Shown in pieces: positions 56,619-64,000 of a DNA stretch of 64,000 bases. Every line of letters starts with the position of its first letter. Position 1 is the first letter of the stretch. The stretch comes from a virus: the IMG/VR virus record IMGVR_UViG_3300034374_005671, positions 1-64,000 of that record; one strand, written 5' to 3'. Under the pieces are notes generated by a model. It saw only the letters and a program-made list of their open reading frames with translations, did no database searches and had not been told where the DNA came from. Position numbers and translations under genes: made by a program.

Positions 56619-57617
56619 CTACAAAATATCATTCAATGTATCATCAACTTGTTGAGGATTTTTTTCTTCCTCTTCAGGTTGCCTAACATCAAACAACTTC
56701 TCTACCCACACATCTTCGAATCCTTCCATATCTTCGATATCTCTAGACTTCAACATGTGATAGAAATAATTCCCTTCAGGGATAAAATGGTTATACTTAC
56801 CACCACCTTCTTCTATGAACTGCTCGTCAACGTACTGATAGGCGAACTTAGAGAACACCATGTACTTTCCTGTGGCTCCAACCTTGTAAGGGTTGTATAC
56901 CGCTAATACCAAGTCAGACAACTGAAACAATTGGTCTGACCCGTAGAAGTCTAGTTGGCGTGGTGCCTCTGATGGGTGGTTGCCAACTCTATCGAGTAAA
57001 TCTCTTTTGAGCTGCATCAGAGGTAGGAAGAATACATATGGGTGGTTTTTCTTGAGTTTGTTCATTTCTTCGAACAAAGCATCTATTTCTCCTTTTTCCC
57101 TTCCTTTTACCAAGCCAACGTGGTCGATGGTAATCATTACCTTCTTGTCTATATTAGATTGCAAAAACTCTGCCACCTCATCTCCGAACTGACGAGCTGT
57201 CACAGGTTCCTCATAATAGTACAATCCATCCCTCCTTTCTTGCTCACAGATGTCTTTTATGACTGTCAAGTTGTCTCCGTGTGGAGTATTGAACAGCACT
57301 TCTGACATCTTCATATCCGTCTTCTGCGTAATCTTCCTCAAAAGAAGCTTGTATACAGCAGACTCCCAATTACATCTCAATAGAACGACATCAGTATTAT
57401 TATCAATAACACTGTTCTCAATCTTCTGCATCAGGTACGTCTTACCGTGATTAGACAAACCTCCGATAGTCATTATCGTAGAAGGGAGAAACCCTCCAAG
57501 CAAGTGCCTATCTAACCACTCAAATCCTGTAGATATAGGAGCAATCTCTCCTGTCTGAAACTTGGCTATACTTCTTACAGCCTCATCTGTCTTCTCCTTA
57601 GCTGATTTAATTGGCAT
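56619..57617 (-). CDS. DnaB-like (SF4) replicative helicase
   Basis: Walker A GGLSNHGKT, Walker B ITIDH, LMQLKR, FYGSDQLFQLSD. Start re-assigned to the ATG at 57617 (MPIKS). Confidence 0.8.
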   Translation of the reverse strand: MPIKSAKEKTDEAVRSIAKFQTGEIAPISTGFEWLDRHLLGGFLPSTIMTIGGLSNHGKTYLMQKIENSVIDNNTDVVLLRCNWESAVYKLLLRKITQKTDMKMSEVLFNTPHGDNLTVIKDICEQERRDGLYYYEEPVTARQFGDEVAEFLQSNIDKKVMITIDHVGLVKGREKGEIDALFEEMNKLKKNHPYVFFLPLMQLKRDLLDRVGNHPSEAPRQLDFYGSDQLFQLSDLVLAVYNPYKVGATGKYMVFSKFAYQYVDEQFIEEGGGKYNHFIPEGNYFYHMLKSRDIEDMEGFEDVWVEKLFDVRQPEEEEKNPQQVDDTLNDIL

Positions 57618-58140
57618 TGGCTTTACATTTTGTGTAGAGTCTGCTATCATCGATAGAAAACTTCCTAGCGTATGCATTCGAAGGCTTCCAAATAAACAAG
57701 TCTAATCTAGCCGTGTATTCGGGGTCTGTCTGCATAAGATACTCCTCTACTGTTTCAACAATATGGTCAAAGGTAAACAAATTTTTTGTTTCTTCAACAA
57801 ACTGAGCAAACATTTTTAGTGCCTTGTTAGCACTACCCACGTTACGCCCATAGTCTTTGTATAGCTGTACTAATCTTAGGAAGGTAGCTTTTATCTCATC
57901 ACTAATTCCTGCTGTACCAACATCTCTTAGAAAGCCATTACCTTTTTTAGTTATCTTATACCAATTATCTTTCTTACGAGGTTCCACTAAACCTTCTCTA
58001 AGAAGAAGGCTCATATACTTCTCGACATGGTCAGAATCCATCCACAGCTTATCACAGTCGTTCTGTTTGACTGCAATAAGGAGAACAAATGAAGGATATG
58101 TCATCTGTGCTTTGTCGAGAACATCAAAGTTTATGTACAT
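57607..58140 (-). CDS. Winged-helix protein, putative replication initiator/helicase loader
   Basis: LLREGLV...WYKITKKG wHTH-like pattern; directly upstream of the helicase. Start taken as ATG 58140. Confidence 0.45.
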   Translation of the reverse strand: MYINFDVLDKAQMTYPSFVLLIAVKQNDCDKLWMDSDHVEKYMSLLLREGLVEPRKKDNWYKITKKGNGFLRDVGTAGISDEIKATFLRLVQLYKDYGRNVGSANKALKMFAQFVEETKNLFTFDHIVETVEEYLMQTDPEYTARLDLFIWKPSNAYARKFSIDDSRLYTKCKANAN

Positions 58141-58142
58141 AC

Positions 58143-58232
58143 TCAATCTTTTTTATCGGGAAATAGGTAATCAACTAGAGCTATCACTCCAAATACAATC
58201 ACAATTATCCCACCTATTACTAAAAGTTCCAT
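58143..58232 (-). CDS. Small single-TM peptide (29 aa), not in the ORF track
   Basis: MELLVIGGIIVIVFGVIALVDYLFPDKKD*; fills the gap after the endolysin. Confidence 0.55.
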   Translation of the reverse strand: MELLVIGGIIVIVFGVIALVDYLFPDKKD

Positions 58233-58241
58233 TACTATAAT

Positions 58242-59123
58242 CTATAAACTAACTAACATGTCCATCATCTCCTGTTGGGGATGAATATCACACTTACCTG
58301 TGTTTGTGTTTGTATGGGATAGCACACCCTTAATCAAACCTCTGTACGCTTCTTCTTTCCATTCAAAAGCCTTAGCACCTTCCTTCTTAATCCATCTAGG
58401 AAGTCCCTCACGGATATCAATACCATCTCTCTCAGCAATGAAGTATAACCACTCCCGAACTTTCTCTATCTGTGCATCTGAGAACCTGTGCCACTGACTC
58501 ATACCTTTGAAAGGTTCAGCTAAAGTTACAAATTGAGAAGGGTCTGCTTTTACCCCTGCCCAAGTCTTACCTTCTTTAAGATAACCCCAGTTGCAAATTT
58601 CTAATCCTACAGAATGCTCGTGCATATACTGAGAACCATTTCTACCGATGTGCCAAGCATACGCTCCTGATGGGAATGCCTGTACCATTCTGCCATCGTA
58701 TGTATCATCGTCACCCTTAATAGAAGGACCTCCCAAAACAAACTCAGTTGCAATACGTCCTCTACTATCTCTGCCCCAATGGTCAATACACTTGTAAGGG
58801 TTATGCCATCCTGCTGTAAAGTGCAAGAACGCATACTCCTTTGTGGTAGGACCGTTTAGATACTCTCCTGTGGGCAGGTAATGAGTATCATAAGCAAACT
58901 TCGAGTCGATAGCTTTATCTACGGTCAAATCCGTATCTAGCAGACTCATCGCCTCTAGTGTCTTAGGACCAACAATCCCATCAACTACTAAACCTCTGAC
59001 CTTTTGAAAGGTCTTTACTGCATCCTCTGTTTGAGGACCAAATATGCCATCTACATCGATAGCACCCAAAAAGGACTGAATTTCCATTACCATTCGTCCT
59101 CTACTTCCCATTCTATAAACCAT
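58242..59123 (-). CDS. Endolysin: PG_binding_1 domain plus N-acetylmuramoyl-L-alanine amidase (Amidase_2)
   Basis: VDGIFGPQT...FQ...VDGIVGPKT; LHFTAG, AWHIG, SVGLEI, LSH...KCD zinc ligands. Confidence 0.85.
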   Translation of the reverse strand: MVYRMGSRGRMVMEIQSFLGAIDVDGIFGPQTEDAVKTFQKVRGLVVDGIVGPKTLEAMSLLDTDLTVDKAIDSKFAYDTHYLPTGEYLNGPTTKEYAFLHFTAGWHNPYKCIDHWGRDSRGRIATEFVLGGPSIKGDDDTYDGRMVQAFPSGAYAWHIGRNGSQYMHEHSVGLEICNWGYLKEGKTWAGVKADPSQFVTLAEPFKGMSQWHRFSDAQIEKVREWLYFIAERDGIDIREGLPRWIKKEGAKAFEWKEEAYRGLIKGVLSHTNTNTGKCDIHPQQEMMDMLVSL

Positions 59124-59376
59124 GATTGTAATCTTTATAAGTTATTGAAATCAGTTTATCTAAATAAACTCTTGCCTTCTCTAAATCCTCCAAACCATTC
59201 TTAGATTTGTGGCGAGTCACGTACTTGATAATATTCCCTTCGAAGAAATCCAAGTTGTGAGCTGCGATATAATCCCAAGTTTCTATGTTCTTGTTGTAGA
59301 ACTTAGGATGTGTAGTGCCACTCCTCTTTGGGCTGTGTGGATTATCCATTAAAGGGTCTCTAGTGTTTTGTCCCAT
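59113..59376 (-). CDS. DUF3310/SaV-like (T7 gp1.7-like nucleotide kinase domain) protein
   Basis: HPKFY...IETWDYI...FFEGNIIKYVTR..KNGLEDLEKA; start taken as ATG 59376. Confidence 0.8.
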   Translation of the reverse strand: MGQNTRDPLMDNPHSPKRSGTTHPKFYNKNIETWDYIAAHNLDFFEGNIIKYVTRHKSKNGLEDLEKARVYLDKLISITYKDYNHGL

Positions 59377-59377
59377 A

Positions 59378-59563
59378 CTATTTATTCTTTGCGACACTAT
59401 ACTCAGTATTGTTGTCTGCGTTAACATTCAAGAGGTCTACTAGTTTTTTAGCCTCTTCTTTCGATTCTAAGTTTAGTACAACTCCCAAACTGTCTAACAA
59501 ATATACGCTAGAAGAAGGTAATTGAGAGTGTACTTTAACTTTTTTTATGATTTTATATCCCAT
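59378..59563 (-). CDS. Hypothetical protein
   Basis: 61-aa ORF overlapping the upstream gene. Confidence 0.55.
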   Translation of the reverse strand: MGYKIIKKVKVHSQLPSSSVYLLDSLGVVLNLESKEEAKKLVDLLNVNADNNTEYSVAKNK

Positions 59564-60263
59564 GGGTAATATAGTGTCTACCTTTTTTAATTAAATTAAT
59601 ACTATCGCTCACAAGGGTTGAATCATCCAAGTTGATTATCAACTCAGGGTCGATAGGCACACCTAAGAATCTTGTTTCCAAGTGAAGGTGGGGACCTGTA
59701 GAACGCCCTGTGGACCCAACTAGTCCAATTGCATCCCCTGCTTCTAGTGTGTCTCCTTGTTCTACAAATAATTTTCTGTGGTGGGCATAGTAAGTCTCAA
59801 GACCATTGAAGTGTCTTATAATAACTAAGTTACCATAACCTCCGTTATAACCCCTCTTTGAATACCTTACTACTCCAGGAAACATACTTTTCGTAGTGTC
59901 CCTGTTATTGTATGCTATGTCGATACCATCGTGACTTCTGCCCCAACGCCATCCGTATCCGCTTGTCATTCTCCCATCTACAGGGTAACAATACTCGTGT
60001 TTGTGAGTCACTAAGGGAAGTGTTACAGTATCAGGGGCATCATAATCCCTGTAATGCAATCTATCCCACGAATACGTAGAATCATACAACGTATCGCCCA
60101 TAAGAACTGCTGTATCCAAATCAAACGTAGAGTCTACAATTATAGCAGTCTCTATATCGTAATAATTGTTTACAGTCTTACTGTTTAGCGATGCCCAAAC
60201 CCATAGCATCAATACAGTAATCAATACTAATTTCCAATCAATCATATTTACTTTATGTTCCAT
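59553..60263 (-). CDS. M23 family (LytM-like) zinc peptidase with N-terminal TM/signal anchor
   Basis: HDGID (HxxxD), YAH, STGPHLHLE (HxH). Confidence 0.9.
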   Translation of the reverse strand: MEHKVNMIDWKLVLITVLMLWVWASLNSKTVNNYYDIETAIIVDSTFDLDTAVLMGDTLYDSTYSWDRLHYRDYDAPDTVTLPLVTHKHEYCYPVDGRMTSGYGWRWGRSHDGIDIAYNNRDTTKSMFPGVVRYSKRGYNGGYGNLVIIRHFNGLETYYAHHRKLFVEQGDTLEAGDAIGLVGSTGRSTGPHLHLETRFLGVPIDPELIINLDDSTLVSDSINLIKKGRHYITHGI

Positions 60264-60265
60264 AA

Positions 60266-60349
60266 TTATTTTGCTTCATACCATGATGTGCCAATATTGG
60301 CTTCTGCCCCCATCTCCACTAATCCACTACTAAGATAGTAATTTCCTCC
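60266..60349 (-). repeat. Diverged duplicate of the last 27 codons plus stop of polA (other copy at 61281-61364)
   Basis: 21/27 aa identical, many synonymous differences. Confidence 0.9.
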
Positions 60350-61093
60350 TCTGCTATCCTCCACTTCTCCAAAACTTTTAATACACAATTCTACACCACC
60401 TGTCCTACATTCCGTCATACCCTCAAAATCAATAGAGGGTGTGTACTTGTATTCTTTTGTCAAACGTAATAATTTTTTTTCTAATTCCCAAATTTTAGAA
60501 GCTTCGTTTTCCACGATAGCGACTACTTTGTATTCATAAGGTAGTCTTCCTGAAAAACGTTTCTCCAAAGTATCCCCTGTTATGCCTATTTTGTAGAACA
60601 CCTCCTCATCTTTATTCAATTCTAAGATATATAATTTAGGGTTTTTTTCATTGCTCTTTTCTACCCATCTGTCTTTCTTGTAAGCAGAGTAGTAACCACA
60701 CTTAGGACAACCATGCCCCCTCTGATGGTGTAATGGTTGTTGCCAAAACTCTCCGTGGGTGGGGCAAGTAATTTTCATATCTTCTTGAGAGAGAGTAATG
60801 GTTTCGGGGTGATAAGTGTATTTACCCCCATGAACTGTTTTAAACTGTTTTATTTTTTCTAAAGGCTTTATACTATCTCTTTCTTTTATGTAATCGGCAT
60901 AACATTTTTTACAGCCTGTGTTTACACTTCTTAAATGTAATTGAGGAGAGGTTTCAAACTCAGTATTATGTTTATTACAAAAAACATTTATGCTATTTTT
61001 AGAACCTTTAATTACATCAGGATAAGAAAACTTATCACCATGCATATCTCTGAACCTTTCAATCCAGTCTTTAGTTGTCAGATACTTTCCCAT
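60266..61093 (-). CDS. Free-standing homing-endonuclease-like protein (two DUF723-like Zn modules plus a GIY-YIG-like domain) fused to a polA C-terminal remnant
   Basis: HGDKFSY/HGGKYTY repeats with CxxH...CxxC; LYIL...YKIGIT...KRF...LE; C-terminus GGNYYLSSGLVEMGAEANIGTSWYEAK. Confidence 0.75.
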   Translation of the reverse strand: MGKYLTTKDWIERFRDMHGDKFSYPDVIKGSKNSINVFCNKHNTEFETSPQLHLRSVNTGCKKCYADYIKERDSIKPLEKIKQFKTVHGGKYTYHPETITLSQEDMKITCPTHGEFWQQPLHHQRGHGCPKCGYYSAYKKDRWVEKSNEKNPKLYILELNKDEEVFYKIGITGDTLEKRFSGRLPYEYKVVAIVENEASKIWELEKKLLRLTKEYKYTPSIDFEGMTECRTGGVELCIKSFGEVEDSRGGNYYLSSGLVEMGAEANIGTSWYEAK

Positions 61094-61226
61094 TGTCTTG
61101 CTCCATTGCTTTTATTATAACCATTCTAATATAGGAAGACATATCAAGTCCTAGCTTATCAGCCGCCTTTCTTACTCTTTCTTTTAACTCAGAATCAGTT
61201 CTTACTATTATTTGTACTTCTTTCAT
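61071..61226 (-). CDS. Ribbon-helix-helix protein (RelB/DinJ/CopG-like, 51 aa), not in the ORF track
   Basis: MKEVQIIVRTDSELKERVRKAADKLGLDMSSYIRMVIIKAME: alternating beta strand, helix, G-L-x-M-S-x-Y-I-R helix. Overlaps the nuclease start. Confidence 0.75.
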   Translation of the reverse strand: MKEVQIIVRTDSELKERVRKAADKLGLDMSSYIRMVIIKAMEQDNGKVSDN

Positions 61227-61231
61227 AATTA

Positions 61232-61263
61232 CAATGTTACTACAATTTTATCAATTATCCAAA
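61232..61263 (-). promoter_or_regulatory. Bacteroidota-type promoter driving the RHH-endonuclease pair
   Basis: Minus strand TTTG-N20-TAACATTG, 5 nt before the RHH ATG. Confidence 0.55.
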
Positions 61264-61280
61264 TTTATTACAAAATACTT

Positions 61281-63305
61281 TTATTTTGCCTCGTACCAAG
61301 AGTCTCCTATATTCGCCTCTGCCTTAATATCTACTAAGCCACTTGTTAAATAGTATTGTCCACCTTTAATCATGCAGTCCTCAAGCACTTTTTTATACTC
61401 ATCTACTAGGCTTTCATCCACCTCAAGAACAAATTCATCATGGGGTATATTACATATTCTTACCTTTCGAAAATGTCCATTGTCTACTATATAATCAAAA
61501 AGTAAACAAGCGGCTCGTTTTGTCATATGTGCTGAAGTCGCTTGAACAGGGTTGTTCAAGGCCAACCTGAAGTATTTTCCTTGCCAAGAAAAGTACTTAG
61601 AAAGTTTAGGTCTCATCTTTGTATATACCTTGTATGCCTCTTTGTTTACTACGGTATATGTCTCTCCTTTCTCTTCAGCCTCTTTTTTCTTGTTAGCTTC
61701 TACTTTACCTGCCTTGTACAGCTTCTTATCAGCTTCTCCTGTAGCATCCATCCATTTTTTAAGGTCAAGGAATTGGTCAAACCAAGGAAGGTCTAATTTA
61801 AAACCATCTGCTGATTCTACCCACCCATTCTCAATGGATTCTTGCAGTTTCTTTCTGCCCCAAGTATATACTCCAGGATGTAGTTCTTTGTATAGCTGTT
61901 CTAATCGTTCCCCTTCCTTTACCTCGATATTAAGACTCTTAGCTGCTGTAAAGCCTGTCCCACCATACGAGAAACAGAAGCGAGGTGCTTTGGAGAACTG
62001 CCTTTTATCTTTATGGTTGTTTTTAATTTCATCGTCAGTTAATTCTTGCAGTTCAGGGAATATCAATCTTGCGAATGCAGAGTGTAAATCATCTCCATTC
62101 TTGATTGAGGATATCATCATTGCATCTTGGTGGAGGTCAGCACCGACCACATTTTCTTGGCCTTCGTAGTCAGCCACGACCATTTTATATCCATGTGTAG
62201 CCACAAAGCAATCCCTAGTTCTCTTATTAGCTGGAAAATTAAGAATATTAACCCCGCCACGCCTAGTAGAAATTCTAGCAGTATCCAGCACAGGATTAAA
62301 ATCAGTATAAATTCTGCCATCTTTAATTTTATTTAAAATGTTTTCTCCGTATGTAGATACATCATGCTCTGCTTGTTTGTATGTTAACCATAACTCTACG
62401 AAAGGGTGGCTACTTCTCCTAAGAACATCCTTGTGTAGAGTCTTCTTGTCAGGGTTCTCATCCGATTGTACATCAATACCAAACTCCTCAAAGATAGGAA
62501 TCATTTGTAGAGATGACGACAATAAGGGGATGATACGTGGAGAGCTATCAAACATATCTATCTGTCTGTCCCTATATTTAGGTAACTCGTCATAGACAAA
62601 TTTGACCACATCATCCTTAGCTTTTTCTAGAGCAATCTTGTCTTGCTCAATTTTATCTTTCCATTTAGCTTCTGATATTGGGATACCACACTGCTCCATA
62701 TAGGCAAGAGCTCTGATATATCGACAATGTAGCTTGAATGTTGGTACACATCCTCTGTCTCGCAACCTTTCCCCTAAAACTTTAACTAATTCTAATACTT
62801 TGTCTACGTCATTGAAAGCATATCGAATAGCTTTTGGATTTGACAATTGGGTCTTAGCAATGTTCTTTTGCTCACTCTTATCATAGCTGATACCCAACTC
62901 ACGCTCCATCACAAAACCAAAACCGTGTCTTGTAATTAAACCGTTTCCGTTGTAAAGTATTTTACTTGCAATAAATGTATCGTAAACTTTTTTAGGTACA
63001 AAGTTATATTTGTATAACCACCCAAGGTCGAATGTAAGGTTGTGACCAACCAATGTCTTGCCTTCCAGGAAAGGAGCCACCTCATCAAATGTTATCTCTC
63101 CTCCTAATTGTTGAAGGTCTATAATATAGTTGTCCTTCCCTGTACCTATCTGCACAGAGAACATATGACCGTCTATAGGTTTGAGGGAGGTAGTCTCCGA
63201 GTCAAACGCAATAACATCAGGTAGCACCATATCTTCTAAGGTGCAATAATTGTACGCTCCTATCTTCTCAAAGAAAGGACGATTGTTTGTTATGATATAA
63301 TTCAT
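61281..63305 (-). CDS. polA: DNA polymerase family A with 3'-5' exonuclease domain
   Basis: ExoI FDSET, ExoII GHNLTFD, ExoIII YAFND; motif A ADYEGQE, motif B RQFSKAPRFCFSYG, motif C IPHDE. Confidence 0.95.
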   Translation of the reverse strand: MNYIITNNRPFFEKIGAYNYCTLEDMVLPDVIAFDSETTSLKPIDGHMFSVQIGTGKDNYIIDLQQLGGEITFDEVAPFLEGKTLVGHNLTFDLGWLYKYNFVPKKVYDTFIASKILYNGNGLITRHGFGFVMERELGISYDKSEQKNIAKTQLSNPKAIRYAFNDVDKVLELVKVLGERLRDRGCVPTFKLHCRYIRALAYMEQCGIPISEAKWKDKIEQDKIALEKAKDDVVKFVYDELPKYRDRQIDMFDSSPRIIPLLSSSLQMIPIFEEFGIDVQSDENPDKKTLHKDVLRRSSHPFVELWLTYKQAEHDVSTYGENILNKIKDGRIYTDFNPVLDTARISTRRGGVNILNFPANKRTRDCFVATHGYKMVVADYEGQENVVGADLHQDAMMISSIKNGDDLHSAFARLIFPELQELTDDEIKNNHKDKRQFSKAPRFCFSYGGTGFTAAKSLNIEVKEGERLEQLYKELHPGVYTWGRKKLQESIENGWVESADGFKLDLPWFDQFLDLKKWMDATGEADKKLYKAGKVEANKKKEAEEKGETYTVVNKEAYKVYTKMRPKLSKYFSWQGKYFRLALNNPVQATSAHMTKRAACLLFDYIVDNGHFRKVRICNIPHDEFVLEVDESLVDEYKKVLEDCMIKGGQYYLTSGLVDIKAEANIGDSWYEAK

Positions 63306-63538
63306 TCATCAGGATTCTCGTCAGGGGTCAAACAATCCCCTTTAAAAAATATCTCCTTGCTTAGAACTTCTTCTAGCTGTAATAACTCATCATCTTCCAA
63401 ATCATACACATCGATGTAGTCAGGAACTGAACCTGTAGCTAACAGTCCTGCTAATCTAACTAGGTCATCTTCACATCTAACCTCTTTCCCATATATGTAA
63501 AGACAGCAGTCTTTTACTTCAAATTTTTTACTTGACAT
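63302..63538 (-). CDS. Small acidic hypothetical protein
   Basis: 78 aa, coupled to both neighbours. Confidence 0.6.
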   Translation of the reverse strand: MSSKKFEVKDCCLYIYGKEVRCEDDLVRLAGLLATGSVPDYIDVYDLEDDELLQLEEVLSKEIFFKGDCLTPDENPDE

Positions 63539-64000
63539 TACGCAAATAATTTTATATTAACAAATTCGCAAACACCACTTTTAAATGCCTTTGCGCTGGG
63601 GGTACTTGGCTCAAATTTATCTGAGGTAACCCACATTACATAATTTTTATCTTTATACCAAACTTGTTCTACTGGCTCTCCTTTGTATTTACCGAAACCA
63701 AACATCAAGTTAAAGTCAGACCTTTTAGATTGTTTTTTATATCGTAGAAACTCCTTATCGGTGTACAACCCTTCAGACATAGGGATACCCGTAACAAGTC
63801 TTTCTTTTGCAAACATACCCCACCCATACCCATCAATATCTTCAAAGTTAAGTTCTTCTATCTTACCAAATTTCAAAGAGTTACCTGCTAAGTCTATTAT
63901 CTTACAATCCTTTTTGTTGGGAGCGATACGCACCCCTCTACCCAAGGTTTGGTAGTATATAGCCATCGAATTAGTAGCTCTAGCGTGGATGATAGCATCT
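63538..64000 (-). CDS. SF2 (RadD/YejH-like) helicase, C-terminal part, truncated at the window edge
   Basis: DAIIHARATNSMAIYYQTLGRGVR (motif VI), IIDLAGN, C-terminal FGKYKG motif. Confidence 0.8.
   Translation of the reverse strand, partial: DAIIHARATNSMAIYYQTLGRGVRIAPNKKDCKIIDLAGNSLKFGKIEELNFEDIDGYGWGMFAKERLVTGIPMSEGLYTDKEFLRYKKQSKRSDFNLMFGFGKYKGEPVEQVWYKDKNYVMWVTSDKFEPSTPSAKAFKSGVCEFVNIKLFA

Larger units (their letters stand above)
60266..61364 (-). mobile_element. Putative homing cassette inserted at the 3' end of polA
   Basis: Promoter, RHH and endonuclease bounded by two copies of the polA terminus. Confidence 0.65.

Noticed and set aside
56619-57677. Track start sites for the helicase (57677), wHTH protein (58146) and DUF3310 protein (59427)
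   Set aside because: They create overlaps with upstream ORFs. Downstream ATGs at 57617, 58140 and 59376 fit gene coupling better.
60266-60349. polA duplicate as a DGR VR/TR pair
   Set aside because: Differences are concentrated at third codon positions and are not adenine-specific.
60266-61364. Group I intron or intein in polA
   Set aside because: polA is complete and ends with its own stop before the element. No intein Cys/His-Asn termini are present, and no non-coding space exists for an intron core.
61960-62005. Unusual polA residue-762 variant
   Set aside because: Motif B (RQFSKAPRFCFSYG) has the ordinary Phe at the 762-equivalent position.
1-64000. Stop-codon reassignment (TAG/TGA), common in Crassvirales
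   Set aside because: Genes up to 10 kb are uninterrupted in code 11, coding density is near complete, and TAG and TGA both serve as real stops (e.g. 14870, 15375).
1-64000. tRNA, rRNA, integrase, terminase, portal or major capsid genes
   Set aside because: None were recognised. Intergenic gaps are too short for RNA genes, and the capsid and packaging genes presumably lie upstream of the window.

Overview
This 64 kb window is a fragment of an AT-rich, podovirus-like phage genome of the crAss-like/Crassvirales-related group. The host is probably a Bacteroidota (Flavobacteriia-like) bacterium, judged from TTTG-N20-TAnnTTTG-type promoters and A-rich starts without Shine-Dalgarno sites. From 1 to ~56,140 a + strand virion module runs through: small basic proteins, head-completion/auxiliary capsid-type genes, fibre and decoration genes, a holin/spanin-like trio, Cys-rich and collagen fibres, ring, IHF-like, tail tubular and 2362-aa muzzle (stabilisation) genes, and seven large putative cargo/ejection proteins (829-3352 aa). 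From 56,190 to 64,000 a convergent - strand module encodes a DnaB-like helicase, an amidase endolysin, an M23 peptidase, a GIY-YIG-like endonuclease, a family A DNA polymerase and a truncated SF2 helicase. Three observations stand out. (1) Six ORFs are punctuated by a recurring [FYMA]-[QEAK]-x-G-G / [KR]-x-Q-[DN]-[AG] motif that brackets apparently self-contained modules, including a pre-toxin-TG plus ART-like module; this suggests a polyprotein-processing or capsid-loading code. (2) A promoter, an unannotated ribbon-helix-helix gene and an endonuclease form a cassette in the 3' end of polA, flanked by two synonymously diverged copies of the last 27 polymerase codons. (3) No virion RNA polymerase catalytic motif is visible where crAss-like phages normally carry one. 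All family assignments come from motif recognition by eye; no database searches were run.
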